DNA of 64,000 nt, from positions 399,154 through 463,153 of the forward strand of contig CP181398.1 in the NCBI GenBank assembly GCA_047946875.1, in the 5' to 3' direction. The position numbers and the translations under genes are program-made. The notes under the pieces were generated by a model. The model was not told the origin of the DNA. It saw nothing but the letters and a program-made list of their open reading frames with translations, and did not search any database. The stretch's first letter is position 1; every line of letters starts with the position of its first letter. Shown here in pieces: positions 47,973 to 58,184 of this stretch. The DNA is from Candidatus Kerfeldbacteria bacterium. Lineage in GTDB: Bacteria; Patescibacteriota; Patescibacteriia; UBA10025; JAHIVO01.

Positions 47973-49088
47973 ATGGAAAATCAAAATTCAATACTAGATA
48001 AGGTGATTTCCAGTAAAAAAACTTTAGATATCGAACAATTCAACCCAGTAGAGGTTGTTTCTTCGTTATTAAAAGATTTAACCAGTAGAGAAGAAGATGT
48101 TCTCAGAAGAAGGCATGGATTACTTGGAAAAGAAAAGGAAACATTAGAAAATATTGGAGATACCTACAAGGTTACTCGTGAAAGGATTAGACAAATTGAA
48201 AAAACAGCAATAGTAAAGATAAAAAAGAATAAATCATTTGTAAACATTTCAGCTCCAATTGAAAGAACTAGCTTTTCTGTTTTAGAGCAACACGGTGGAG
48301 TAATGTCAGAAGATTCTTTACTTGATGAATTATTACAAGTTTCTGGTAATAATTTGACTAATAGACAAAATATTCTTTTTATTATTTCTGAATTATTAGA
48401 TAGTAAATTTAAAAAAATTAAAGAAGATGAAACATTTAGAGAGTCATGGCAAATAGTACATGCTCCTATTCATCTACTAAAGGATACTTTAAATTTTTTA
48501 TATGAATTTATTGAAGAGAATAAAAAACCTTTAACTGTAGATGATGTTATACGAAAGTTTAAAGAATCTGAATTCTATTCAAAAAATAGTGATCAGTTTA
48601 CTGATGAGGTAATAATCTCATATTTAGAAATTAGTCCAAAAATATCTCAAAATCCATTTGGTGAGTATGGTTTGACATCTTGGGGTAGTGTGGTTCCGAA
48701 AAGAATGAACGATAAAATATATTTGGTATTAAAACGGCAAAATAAACCTATGCATTTTAATGAGATTACAGAAAAAATAAATGAAATTAAATTTGATGAA
48801 CGTAAGGCATATCCACCAACAGTTCATAATGAACTAATTCTAAATAAAAAATATGTATTAGTTGGTAGAGGTATCTATGCATTGAAAGAGTGGGGATACG
48901 AACCAGGTGTAGTTTCAAATGTTTTACAAGAAATTTTAAAGAAGGAGGAAAAACCTTTAACTAGAGAAGAGTTAGTTAAGAGTGTGTTGGAGCGAAGGAT
49001 TGTAAAAAAGAACACTATTCATTTAGCTTTAACAAACCGAGAGAAATTCAAAAAATTGTCTGATGACACTTATACTCTCGTAGAATAA
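47973..49088 (+). CDS. Sigma70 region-4 HTH + multiple winged-helix (HARE-HTH/RNAP delta-like) protein
   Basis: ETLENIGDTYKVTRERIRQIE, PMHFNEITEKI...YVLVGRGIYALKEW. No sigma region 2. Confidence 0.8.
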   Translation: MENQNSILDKVISSKKTLDIEQFNPVEVVSSLLKDLTSREEDVLRRRHGLLGKEKETLENIGDTYKVTRERIRQIEKTAIVKIKKNKSFVNISAPIERTSFSVLEQHGGVMSEDSLLDELLQVSGNNLTNRQNILFIISELLDSKFKKIKEDETFRESWQIVHAPIHLLKDTLNFLYEFIEENKKPLTVDDVIRKFKESEFYSKNSDQFTDEVIISYLEISPKISQNPFGEYGLTSWGSVVPKRMNDKIYLVLKRQNKPMHFNEITEKINEIKFDERKAYPPTVHNELILNKKYVLVGRGIYALKEWGYEPGVVSNVLQEILKKEEKPLTREELVKSVLERRIVKKNTIHLALTNREKFKKLSDDTYTLVE

Positions 49089-49102
49089 AAACAAAAATTA
49101 TT

Positions 49103-50521
49103 ATGGATTTTCTTTTTGACCCGCAGTCATTTTTAGGAACAATGCCAAATGCCTCAAATCCTTTTTCGGCTATGTTTTTGCTTATCCAAAATGGTGGTTG
49201 GATTTTAATTTTATTAACTCTAATTTGGGGGGCGTGGATTGCATGGGTAGAATATATACGAAATAAATTTAATAGTGAACAAGAAGAAATCTTACTGGCT
49301 ATTGATATTCCCAAAGGCAATGAACAAAGTCCAAAAGCTGTCGAACATATTTTTTCACATTTATTTGGAATATATAAAGGAGGTACACTTAAAGATAAAT
49401 ATATAAAAGGTTATAACCAATGGGCTATTGGGTTGGAGATAGTAAGTATTGAAGGTTATATCCAATTTTTGATACATACTCCTTTACGGTTTAGAGATTT
49501 AGTTGAAGCATCTATATATGCGCAGTATCCAGACGCTGAAATTACAGAAGTTGAGGACTATGTAAATTTAATACCAAAACCACTCGAGTTCCCACATCGC
49601 GAATGGGATTTTTGGGGAAGTGAGTTTGCTATGCAAAAAAATGAGTTATATCCAATTGTAACATGGCCAACGTTTGAACATTCTTTGAGTCAAACGTTTA
49701 TGGATCCAATGGCATCGATGCTTGAATCAATGAGTAGGATGGGTCCAGGAGAGCATTTATGGTTACAAATAATTATTGCACCTGAAAATTCTAGTTGGAA
49801 AAAAAGAAGCGAAGCCCTAATAAATAGATTGATTGGCAAAAAAAATGGTGGAAGTAAGTCGGATTGGATGTATTTCCCAAGAGAAATAACCAAAGGACTT
49901 TCCGAATCAATGACAGCATCTATAATACCACCTAGTGAGATGGCAGGTGCTAACCAAAAAACAGAAAGAGAATGGCCAAGTATGATGCAACATTTATCAC
50001 CTTCCGAAAAAGAAGTTGTGGAAGCTATAGGATTAAAAATGAATAAACTTGGATTCAAATCTAAAATACGTTTTATATATGCTGCTAAAAAAGAAGTACT
50101 CAATAAGCCAAAAGGCGTTGATGCAATAAAGGGAGCTTTATTGCAATTTAGTAGTCAAAATTTAAATGGATTTATACTTGATACAAAGACAAGAACAAAG
50201 ATAAATTATTTTTTTAAGAAAACTAGAACTTTATGGAGAAAGCATAGGATATTAAGAAATTATCGGGCAAGAAGTATTAAAAAAGGTAGAAGAAAATATA
50301 TATTAAACATTGAAGAATTGGCGACTATTTGGCATTTCCCAATAAGTGAGGTTGTTCAAGTACCAACTGTTCAGACTGTGGCTGCTAAGAAAGGGCAAGC
50401 TCCGACTAATATTCCTGTTGATAGAGGAAAAGAAACTGTTTTAGGTAGTTCTATGTTTACTAATAAAGATAAAGAACCAGAGAGAAAAATATCTCCACCA
50501 CCTAACATACCTTTTGTATAA
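49103..50521 (+). CDS. Membrane-anchored partner of the coupling-protein-like ATPase
   Basis: N-terminal TM, AQYPDAEI, EELATIWHFP. 2-bp gap to the ATPase gene. Confidence 0.7.
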   Translation: MDFLFDPQSFLGTMPNASNPFSAMFLLIQNGGWILILLTLIWGAWIAWVEYIRNKFNSEQEEILLAIDIPKGNEQSPKAVEHIFSHLFGIYKGGTLKDKYIKGYNQWAIGLEIVSIEGYIQFLIHTPLRFRDLVEASIYAQYPDAEITEVEDYVNLIPKPLEFPHREWDFWGSEFAMQKNELYPIVTWPTFEHSLSQTFMDPMASMLESMSRMGPGEHLWLQIIIAPENSSWKKRSEALINRLIGKKNGGSKSDWMYFPREITKGLSESMTASIIPPSEMAGANQKTEREWPSMMQHLSPSEKEVVEAIGLKMNKLGFKSKIRFIYAAKKEVLNKPKGVDAIKGALLQFSSQNLNGFILDTKTRTKINYFFKKTRTLWRKHRILRNYRARSIKKGRRKYILNIEELATIWHFPISEVVQVPTVQTVAAKKGQAPTNIPVDRGKETVLGSSMFTNKDKEPERKISPPPNIPFV

Positions 50522-50523
50522 AT

Positions 50524-52236
50524 ATGGTAACTATAAACCCAGAAGATCAAGTAGTATCATTTGCCAGAACAAACTTTCGTAACATGGAAAAAAAGTTTGG
50601 CATTAAAGTTGATGACAGAAGACGTCATATGTATTTGATTGGAAAAACTGGCATGGGTAAAACTACTGTTATTGAAAATATGGTAATTTCTGACATAAAA
50701 GCAGGTAGAGGTTTAGCGCTAGTTGACCCTCACGGTGATCTAATAGAAAAGGTTATTCAGTATATACCATCATATAGAGTGAATGATGTTGTTTATTTTA
50801 ATCCTGCGGATACAGACAATCCTATTGGATTTAATGTTTTGGAGAGTGTAGACGAGTCTCAGAGACATTTAGTTGCTTCTGGGTTAATGGGTGTCTTTAC
50901 TAAAATATGGGAAGGTGTATGGAGTGCTAGAATGGAATATATATTAAATAATGCAATATTAGCATTACTAGAATACCCAGGATCTACTATGTTAGGAATA
51001 TCTCGAATTTTAGTAGATAAAAAGTTTAGAAATAAAGTTATTGATAAAGTTACAGATCCGGTTGTTAAAGCTTTTTGGAAAGAAGAGTACGCAGGCTATA
51101 ATGAAAGATTTAGAAATGAAGCTATTGCTCCTATTCAAAATAAGGTTGGACAATTCTTATCTAGTTCTGTAATTAGAAATATAGTTGGACAACCAAAGAG
51201 TACTATCGATTTGAGAGATTTAATGGATTCTGAAAAAATATTATTATTTAATTTATCTAAAGGTAGGGTAGGTGAAGATAATTCTGCTTTATTAGGTGCA
51301 ATGATGATTACAAGAATTCAATTAGCAGCTATGAGTCGTGTAAATATAGAAGAAAAAGATAGAAAAGATTTTTATTTATATGTTGATGAGTTTCAAAATT
51401 TTGCTACAGAAAGTTTTGCTAGTGTACTGTCTGAAGCTAGAAAATATAGACTAAATCTAATCATCGCTCATCAGTACATTGAACAGTTAGATGAGACAGT
51501 AAGAGCTGCTGTATTTGGAAATGTGGGTACAATAATATGTTTTAGAGTAGGAGCAGGAGATTCAGAATTTTTAGCAAAAGAATTTTTTCCAGTTTTTTTA
51601 GAAGAAGATCTAATTAATCTTACAAAGTATAATGTATATCTTAAATTAATGATTGATGGTGTATCATCTGAGCCTTTTTCAGCAATAACATTACCGCCAA
51701 TAGAAGGACGTACAAATAATAGGGATAAAGTTATTTCTGTCTCTAGAGAGAGATATAGTAAGCCAAAAGAATTAGTAGAAGAAAAAATATTAAGATGGAG
51801 TGGAGTCAATGATACAATTAAATTAAGTGAAAATACTGCACCAAAAAAAGATTATTCTACAAATAAACCCCCATATAAAAAACCCGTTAGCAATAGCTAT
51901 ACTCCAAATAGATCAAAAACACCCTATGTCAAAAAAACTGAATCAAAGAGACCAGAATCAGAAAAGCCTGAATTAGAGAAAAAACCTTTTCAAAAAAAAC
52001 CTTTCAGAGAACCTATAAAGAATCTTGAATCTGTAAAAATTGATAATCAAGATAAGACTATTTCACTAAAAGAAGCCTTGAGTGGCAAAACAAATAAGTT
52101 TTCTGGTAGGAATAACAAATCTCAACAGAAAGATAGACCTCAATTTAATAAACAAACTAGACCAAATCAGATAAATTCTACTAATAGTTCACAATCATTA
52201 AAAAAAGGTCAGGTGGTTAATTTTAATAAAAAATAA
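50524..52236 (+). CDS. VirD4/TraD (HerA/FtsK superfamily) ATPase
   Basis: DDRRRHMYLIGKTGMGKT, DPHGDL, YVDEFQNF, SEARKY, AHQY. Low-complexity basic tail. Confidence 0.9.
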   Translation: MVTINPEDQVVSFARTNFRNMEKKFGIKVDDRRRHMYLIGKTGMGKTTVIENMVISDIKAGRGLALVDPHGDLIEKVIQYIPSYRVNDVVYFNPADTDNPIGFNVLESVDESQRHLVASGLMGVFTKIWEGVWSARMEYILNNAILALLEYPGSTMLGISRILVDKKFRNKVIDKVTDPVVKAFWKEEYAGYNERFRNEAIAPIQNKVGQFLSSSVIRNIVGQPKSTIDLRDLMDSEKILLFNLSKGRVGEDNSALLGAMMITRIQLAAMSRVNIEEKDRKDFYLYVDEFQNFATESFASVLSEARKYRLNLIIAHQYIEQLDETVRAAVFGNVGTIICFRVGAGDSEFLAKEFFPVFLEEDLINLTKYNVYLKLMIDGVSSEPFSAITLPPIEGRTNNRDKVISVSRERYSKPKELVEEKILRWSGVNDTIKLSENTAPKKDYSTNKPPYKKPVSNSYTPNRSKTPYVKKTESKRPESEKPELEKKPFQKKPFREPIKNLESVKIDNQDKTISLKEALSGKTNKFSGRNNKSQQKDRPQFNKQTRPNQINSTNSSQSLKKGQVVNFNKK

Positions 52237-52250
52237 ACTAAAAAAATACT

Positions 52251-52742
52251 ATGGTAACCAATAAGTTAAGGCCACCGATTTATGATAGAAGTGGCAATCT
52301 ATTGAAACATTTACAATACGATAGAATAGATAATTATGTATATATTGGTACTACGATTTGTTGTCAGTATCATCTAAACCTGTTAATAAAAAAGAATATA
52401 ATTGCAGATATTGATCTAGAGCAAGAAAAAATGGATAAGCCTTCTGGTGTCACTGCCTTTTTATGGTTACCAACTATTGATTTTACCCCACCATCCCAAC
52501 TTCAGCTATTTGCTGGAGCTGATTTTATTCACACTTTGGTTAAAAATAAAATGAAATGTTATGTTCATTGTAATGCTGGATTGGGACGTGCACCAACTAT
52601 GGTGTCAGCGTATTACATTTTACATAGGGGACTAACCCCAAAAGAAGCAGTAAAAAGAATTAGGAAGAATAGACCCAGAGTTAGTCCTAATAATAAGCAG
52701 ATGGCTGCTTTAGAAAGGTTCTATAAGGAAGTTAATAAATAA
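52251..52742 (+). CDS. Dual-specificity protein phosphatase family
   Basis: VHCNAGLGRA (HCxxGxxR) and an upstream DFTPP acid loop. Confidence 0.9.
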   Translation: MVTNKLRPPIYDRSGNLLKHLQYDRIDNYVYIGTTICCQYHLNLLIKKNIIADIDLEQEKMDKPSGVTAFLWLPTIDFTPPSQLQLFAGADFIHTLVKNKMKCYVHCNAGLGRAPTMVSAYYILHRGLTPKEAVKRIRKNRPRVSPNNKQMAALERFYKEVNK

Positions 52743-52892
52743 TATAAACAAACAAGTCTATTGTTTTATTAATAGGCTGTTTTGTTATTTATTAGTATCA
52801 TCTAGAAATTTTTCAATCTCATATTGAGAAAGATTGCTATTGTCAATATTTGCATAATGGAAAAATTTTTAAAATAAATGTATAATATAAGT

Positions 52893-54197
52893 ATGAAAAT
52901 AACTAGATTTGAAATAAATAAATATAAAAGTATTGCCAGTAAGTTTAATTTAATAGACCCCGGTAAAATTCATTTTTTTATTGGATCAAATAATGCTGGT
53001 AAAACAAATATATTAGATGCCATTTATCAAGTTTATAATAGAGATAATATCAGATTTCCTGATAAACAGACTGATTTGGAAATTGATTTTTCAGTAACAA
53101 GTAAGAATGGAAAATTACTACAGGTTAAACAGAAGAATGGAATTAAGAATTTTTTATTGGATAATAAAAAAATTAACAGTGAAACCGCAAAGACAATATT
53201 AGATAAACATATTATTAGAATACGAGCTACCAAACCAATATTGATAAGTAGGTTGCAGAAAGATTATTCAATTTTTAGAAAGAAATATCCACATGAATTC
53301 AAACAATTCTCCAAAACAATTTCTGATTATATTCCGCAAATAAAATTAAGTGATATATTCGAAAAAAGTAAAGGTATTCATGATGATAATATTATAAGGC
53401 CATTTGAACGACTTGGTGATGGATTTCAACAGGTTTTTGTTATACTAATGTATTTATTTAATCCTGTTTACACAATAATGCTTTTAGAAGAGCCAGAGAT
53501 TCATTTACATCCTGCTTTAATAAAAAAATTATTAAAGATTTTAGAAAATAGAAATTATAACGATCAAATTTTTTTAACTACTCATTCACCTTTATTTATA
53601 AATATAAATAGTTTGCATAGATTGTTTAGGGTAGTAAAAGAAGAAGGAAAAACTATTGTATATTCACCTAGGCTTACAGGCATAAAATTAAATTACACAA
53701 GACTAAAGCAAGAGTTAAACGCAGATAATAGCGAAATGTTATTTTCTGATAAAGTATTATTAGTAGAAGGTCCATCTGATCATATTCTATTGAGGGCGCT
53801 TATTGATAGATTTTATAAAGGAGGGAAAGATATAAAAGTAATCCAAACGTATGGTAAGAGTAATGTCGACATTTATACACAATTACTAGAGATGTTTATG
53901 ATTCCTTATGCTGTCTTATTAGATAGAGATGCTTTATATGATACAGGTGTGAAATTAGTAGCAAAGGAAATAGGTAATAGTTACGCAAAGACAGAAAATA
54001 CCCTAATAAATATTTTGAAAAAACACAATATTTATATACTACCAAACGGAAGTATAGAAAAAAATTATCCTCGTAGATATCAAAGAAGACGTAAACATAA
54101 GCCTCAGAATGCAATGTATGCTGCTTCACATATTACTGAAAATGAATATAAATCACCTTTAATGAAAAATATCAAAGAAGTAATAGATAATTTATAA
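52893..54197 (+). CDS. OLD-family ATP-dependent nuclease (ABC ATPase + TOPRIM)
   Basis: GSNNAGKT, LGDG, LLEEPEIHLHP, TTHSP, LVEGPSD, LLDRD. Confidence 0.88.
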   Translation: MKITRFEINKYKSIASKFNLIDPGKIHFFIGSNNAGKTNILDAIYQVYNRDNIRFPDKQTDLEIDFSVTSKNGKLLQVKQKNGIKNFLLDNKKINSETAKTILDKHIIRIRATKPILISRLQKDYSIFRKKYPHEFKQFSKTISDYIPQIKLSDIFEKSKGIHDDNIIRPFERLGDGFQQVFVILMYLFNPVYTIMLLEEPEIHLHPALIKKLLKILENRNYNDQIFLTTHSPLFININSLHRLFRVVKEEGKTIVYSPRLTGIKLNYTRLKQELNADNSEMLFSDKVLLVEGPSDHILLRALIDRFYKGGKDIKVIQTYGKSNVDIYTQLLEMFMIPYAVLLDRDALYDTGVKLVAKEIGNSYAKTENTLINILKKHNIYILPNGSIEKNYPRRYQRRRKHKPQNAMYAASHITENEYKSPLMKNIKEVIDNL

Positions 54198-54311
54198 TAA
54201 TATACCAAGATAACAGTAAAAATGGGCTCTTGTACTCCAAAAAAATGTGATAAATGTGGGAGTAGTAAAAATAGTTTAATTTTCAAAAAGAAAGTAGCTT
54301 TGTAATTGTAT

Positions 54312-55373
54312 ATGAATATAGAAAATAAAAAAGTATTCGTGGCAATGTCCGGAGGCGTTGATTCATCTGTGGCTGCTTATCTTCTAATTAATGAAGGATG
54401 TGATGTTACTGGTGTATACATGAAGAACTGGTCAGACCCATTGGCTGATGAATGTCCTTGGCGTGAAGACATTAAAGATTTTAGAAAAGTTTGCAAAATC
54501 TTAAAAATCCCCGCTAGGATAGAAGTTTTTGAAGAAGAGTACAGAAAAAAAGTTGTAAAGTATTTGGTAGATGGTTATAAAAAAGGAATTACGCCAAATC
54601 CAGATATGTTATGCAATAGTGAAATTAAATTCAAATTATTTTTGGACAAAGCAAAAGAACTAGGAGCTGATCTGATAGCTACTGGTCATTATGTAATTAA
54701 AAAAGAAATTAAGGGAATTCATAATTTATACCAAGCTAAAGATGGAAATAAAGACCAGTCATATTTTTTAGCATTGTTAAACCAAAAACAATTAAGTATG
54801 TCATTATTCCCAATTGGAATTTATCCAAAAAATGAAATTAGAAAAATTGCAAAAAAAGCAAAATTACCCGTTCATGATAAAAAAGATAGTCAGGGAATAT
54901 GCTTTATCGGTAAAGTAAAGTTTAGTGATTTTATTAGAGACTTTGTTCCTCGTAATGAAGGCGATATTATAACAGATAAAGGTGAGATAATTGGTAGGCA
55001 TGACGGTGTATCTTATTATACAATCGGTCAAAGACATGGATTGAAGATTGGTGGTGGTGTGCCATATTTTGTGATTAAAAAGAATAAAAAAACGAACGAA
55101 TTGGTAGTTGCCAAAGGTTCTAGTAATGTTAATTTATTCAATAAAGAGTTAATTGCAAATAAATTCAATTGGATTAGTAATGAAAGAATTAAATTACCTT
55201 TAAATTGCTATGCTAGGATTAGGTATCGACAACCATTACAAAGATGTAGAGTTACTAAGAAAAATGGTATATACTCTATTACTTTCACTAAACCTCAAAG
55301 AGCTATAACTCCTGGACAATTTATAGTCCTATATAGTAGAAGAAAAATGTTGGGTGGCGGAGTAATTAATTAA
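54312..55373 (+). CDS. mnmA: tRNA 2-thiouridine(34) synthase
   Basis: AMSGGVDSS, TPNPDMLCN, ATGHY, KDQSYF, DSQGICF, TIGQR, TPGQ. Confidence 0.97.
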   Translation: MNIENKKVFVAMSGGVDSSVAAYLLINEGCDVTGVYMKNWSDPLADECPWREDIKDFRKVCKILKIPARIEVFEEEYRKKVVKYLVDGYKKGITPNPDMLCNSEIKFKLFLDKAKELGADLIATGHYVIKKEIKGIHNLYQAKDGNKDQSYFLALLNQKQLSMSLFPIGIYPKNEIRKIAKKAKLPVHDKKDSQGICFIGKVKFSDFIRDFVPRNEGDIITDKGEIIGRHDGVSYYTIGQRHGLKIGGGVPYFVIKKNKKTNELVVAKGSSNVNLFNKELIANKFNWISNERIKLPLNCYARIRYRQPLQRCRVTKKNGIYSITFTKPQRAITPGQFIVLYSRRKMLGGGVIN

Positions 55374-55382
55374 TTTATCGTT

Positions 55383-55952
55383 ATGTATGTATTTATAGGT
55401 GGAGTACCTACAACTGGGAAAACTCATTTAGTAAAAGATTTTATAAAGAAATCAAAACTTAATATTTTGCATGTTGAGATTGATGACATTAGAGATAAAT
55501 TTAAAAATGACGTTAATCTTATAAAATGGGTAAATTTTTTTAGAGATCAAGATGAAGATGTTTATTGGCAAAATACTTCTTGTCAGAAGCACATAGAGAA
55601 TGTAGTTAGGCAATCCGAGGAGTTATGGCCTCATATTTTAGAACAAATTATTAATATACAAAACAAACACGAGCATGTAATTTTTGAAGGAGTTCAACTA
55701 ATGCCAAGATTGACAAGAAAATTTTTAAAAATGAATGGATTTTTTTTGATCCCACCAGATATTGAAACAATATATATTAGATTAGTAGCTCATAAAAGAT
55801 GGGGGGTTACAAATGATCAAAAAAGGAATGAAGCAAAATGTTTTTTTGAAGGGGATGCTAAATACATAAATACGGAGGCTAGAAAGTTTGGTTATAAAGT
55901 TTTTGATAATACTGATGAAGGTTATAGTCAATTATATAAATGGTTTAATTAA
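55383..55952 (+). CDS. P-loop kinase-like protein
   Basis: IGGVPTTGKT, VIFEG. Confidence 0.7.
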   Translation: MYVFIGGVPTTGKTHLVKDFIKKSKLNILHVEIDDIRDKFKNDVNLIKWVNFFRDQDEDVYWQNTSCQKHIENVVRQSEELWPHILEQIINIQNKHEHVIFEGVQLMPRLTRKFLKMNGFFLIPPDIETIYIRLVAHKRWGVTNDQKRNEAKCFFEGDAKYINTEARKFGYKVFDNTDEGYSQLYKWFN

Positions 55953-56131
55953 CATTAATGCCTGATTTACAACAACATCATCATATAGAATACTCATTCA
56001 AAAAAGAAATGAATGAATTATGTATGAGCGTATGTCTTAAAAATGTTGCTATTGAGCTGGTAGTAATATTTAAGCCAATTTATTTTTATTAAGATTTTAC
56101 TTTTTCAGTACAAAAATGTATACTTTTGACT

Positions 56132-57949
56132 ATGGAATCAAATAAAATTAGACAAAAATATATAAAATTCTTTATTAAGAATAAACATAAAGTTATTGAT
56201 TCTTCTTCGTTGTGGCCTCATGACGATCCTTCTGTTTTATTAACTACGGCTGGTATGCAGCAACTTAAACCATATTTCTTGGGTGTTAAAGATGCAAAAA
56301 AGGATTTTGAATCTACTAGGTTGGTATCAATCCAAAAATGTTTTAGAACATCTGACATTGAAGAGGTTGGTGATGCTATTCATAGTACAATGTTTGAAAT
56401 GCTAGGAAATTTTTCTATTGGTGACTATTTTAAAGATGAAACAATTGATCTAGCATGGAAATTCCTAACTAAAGAGTTAAAATTAGATAAGAATAAGTTA
56501 TGGGTAACAATCTTTGCTGGAGATAAGGAGATTTCCAAAGATTTGGAAGCGGAAAAATATTGGAAACATTATTTACCAAAAGATAGAATAGTCGGTTTTG
56601 GGAGAAATGAAAATTGGTGGGGACCCGCTGGTGATTCTGGTCCATGTGGACCTAGTTCAGAAATTCACTATGATTTTACTTCTGAGCCATGTGCTAAGGG
56701 AAAGAAATGTCTTCCAAATTGCAATTGTGGTAGATTTATGGAACTTTGGAATTTAGTTTTTACCGAATTTAATATGAGCAAATTAGGTAAAATTAAAAAT
56801 CTTCCATCTAAAAATATTGATACAGGTATGGGTTTCGAAAGGTTGGTTTTAATATTACAAAAAGGAAAAAACATTTACGATACAGATCTATTTAAAAAAA
56901 TTATCGAAAAAATAAACTTAGATAAAAATTTTGGATCTACTTCGGACATTGAAGACGAGGTTAGAAGAAGAATTATAGCAGATCATTTTAAAGGTAGTAT
57001 TTTTTTATTAGCTGATGGTATTAATTTTAGTAATAAAGAGCAGGGTTATATATTAAGAAGAATTTTTCGTCGTGCATTGGATCAATATTTATATACCAAT
57101 TTTAATTTTGAATTACTAATAGACGAGATTATTAATACTTACAGCAAACAATATCCATTATTAATAAAAAGAAGAGATTTGATTATTGAAAGAATGGACA
57201 AAGAGCTCGAATTATATAAAAAAGTATTAGATGTTAATATTGATGAAGTTGTTAAGAAGATGAAGGGTTTAAAAAAATCTGATGAAAAAGATCAAAACAA
57301 AGTACCTTCAATTCGAGAACTAACAGCTAGTCAAGCATTCGTATTGTTTTCTACATATGGTTTATCGCCTGAGAGGATTAAAAAAAAAGGATACAAATTT
57401 AATTTTGATGAATTTAATAAAGAGGTGGAAAAACATCAAAAATTATCAAAAAAAGGCGCACATAAAAAATTTGGCGGTCATGGATTAAATAGCGGTGAAG
57501 CAAGTAGTGCGGATTTAAAACAGATGACAAAATATCACACAGCTACTCATTTATTACATCAAGCTCTTAGGGATATCCTAGGTGATCATGTGAGACAACA
57601 GGGATCAGATATTAATCCTGAAAGGTTACGTTTTGATTTTGAACATCCAGTAAAATTAACTGATGAAGAAAAAGGTAGAATTGAAGAGCTAATAAATTCT
57701 GAAATATCTAAAAATCACATCGTTATGAAGGAAGAAATGAGTTACGATAAAGCCCTGAAATCTGGTGCTTTGGCATTTTTTAAAGATAAATATCCTAAAA
57801 ATGTAACAGTTTATAGAATTGGTGATTTTTCTAAAGAAATATGTGGAGGACCGCATGTAAAAACTCTCAAAGATATTGGTAAATTCAAAATAATTTCTGA
57901 GAAATCTTCATCATCCGGTATAAGAAGAATTAAAGCTATCTTTGAATAA
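56132..57949 (+). CDS. alaS: Alanine-tRNA ligase, short form without C-Ala domain
   Basis: TAGMQ, FEMLGNFS, IDTGMGFER. Editing HTATHLLH and EICGGPH. Ends at GIRRIKA. Confidence 0.95.
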   Translation: MESNKIRQKYIKFFIKNKHKVIDSSSLWPHDDPSVLLTTAGMQQLKPYFLGVKDAKKDFESTRLVSIQKCFRTSDIEEVGDAIHSTMFEMLGNFSIGDYFKDETIDLAWKFLTKELKLDKNKLWVTIFAGDKEISKDLEAEKYWKHYLPKDRIVGFGRNENWWGPAGDSGPCGPSSEIHYDFTSEPCAKGKKCLPNCNCGRFMELWNLVFTEFNMSKLGKIKNLPSKNIDTGMGFERLVLILQKGKNIYDTDLFKKIIEKINLDKNFGSTSDIEDEVRRRIIADHFKGSIFLLADGINFSNKEQGYILRRIFRRALDQYLYTNFNFELLIDEIINTYSKQYPLLIKRRDLIIERMDKELELYKKVLDVNIDEVVKKMKGLKKSDEKDQNKVPSIRELTASQAFVLFSTYGLSPERIKKKGYKFNFDEFNKEVEKHQKLSKKGAHKKFGGHGLNSGEASSADLKQMTKYHTATHLLHQALRDILGDHVRQQGSDINPERLRFDFEHPVKLTDEEKGRIEELINSEISKNHIVMKEEMSYDKALKSGALAFFKDKYPKNVTVYRIGDFSKEICGGPHVKTLKDIGKFKIISEKSSSSGIRRIKAIFE

Positions 57950-57999
57950 TTGCTAATTTTAGCGAAATATTTAGTATTATTATATCTTGCCAAAATTAC

Positions 58000-58027
58000 T
58001 TGACATATATTTTTTCTTTGCTATAAT
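58000..58027 (+). promoter_or_regulatory. Promoter of the infA-alpha operon
   Basis: TTGACA-16 bp-(TGc)TATAAT. Confidence 0.75.
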
Positions 58028-58075
58028 TTACTTTATACACAAATCGTTTAAAAGATAATATAACTACTGAAAAAC

Positions 58076-58168
58076 AAGCCTTAGGCAGGATTTTATTGAA
58101 AAATAAATGGGTGAAACAATAATTTGTTTCAGCTATACTTGCCTTAAGAAATATATTTAAGGTTTTTT
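58076..58168 (+). promoter_or_regulatory. Candidate attenuator leader
   Basis: AGGCAGG/CTTGCCT stem overlaps the terminator-like GCCTTAAG/TTTAAGGT + T-run. Confidence 0.4.
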
Positions 58169-58184
58169 ATTAAATAAATCGTTT

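Noticed and set aside
50524-52236. Conjugative element / ICE
   Set aside because: No relaxase, VirB4 or integrase. The gene lies among chromosomal core genes.
55953-56131. T-box riboswitch before alaS
   Set aside because: No AAGGTGG(T)ACC T-box or specifier loop, and alaS appears to have its own leaderless promoter.
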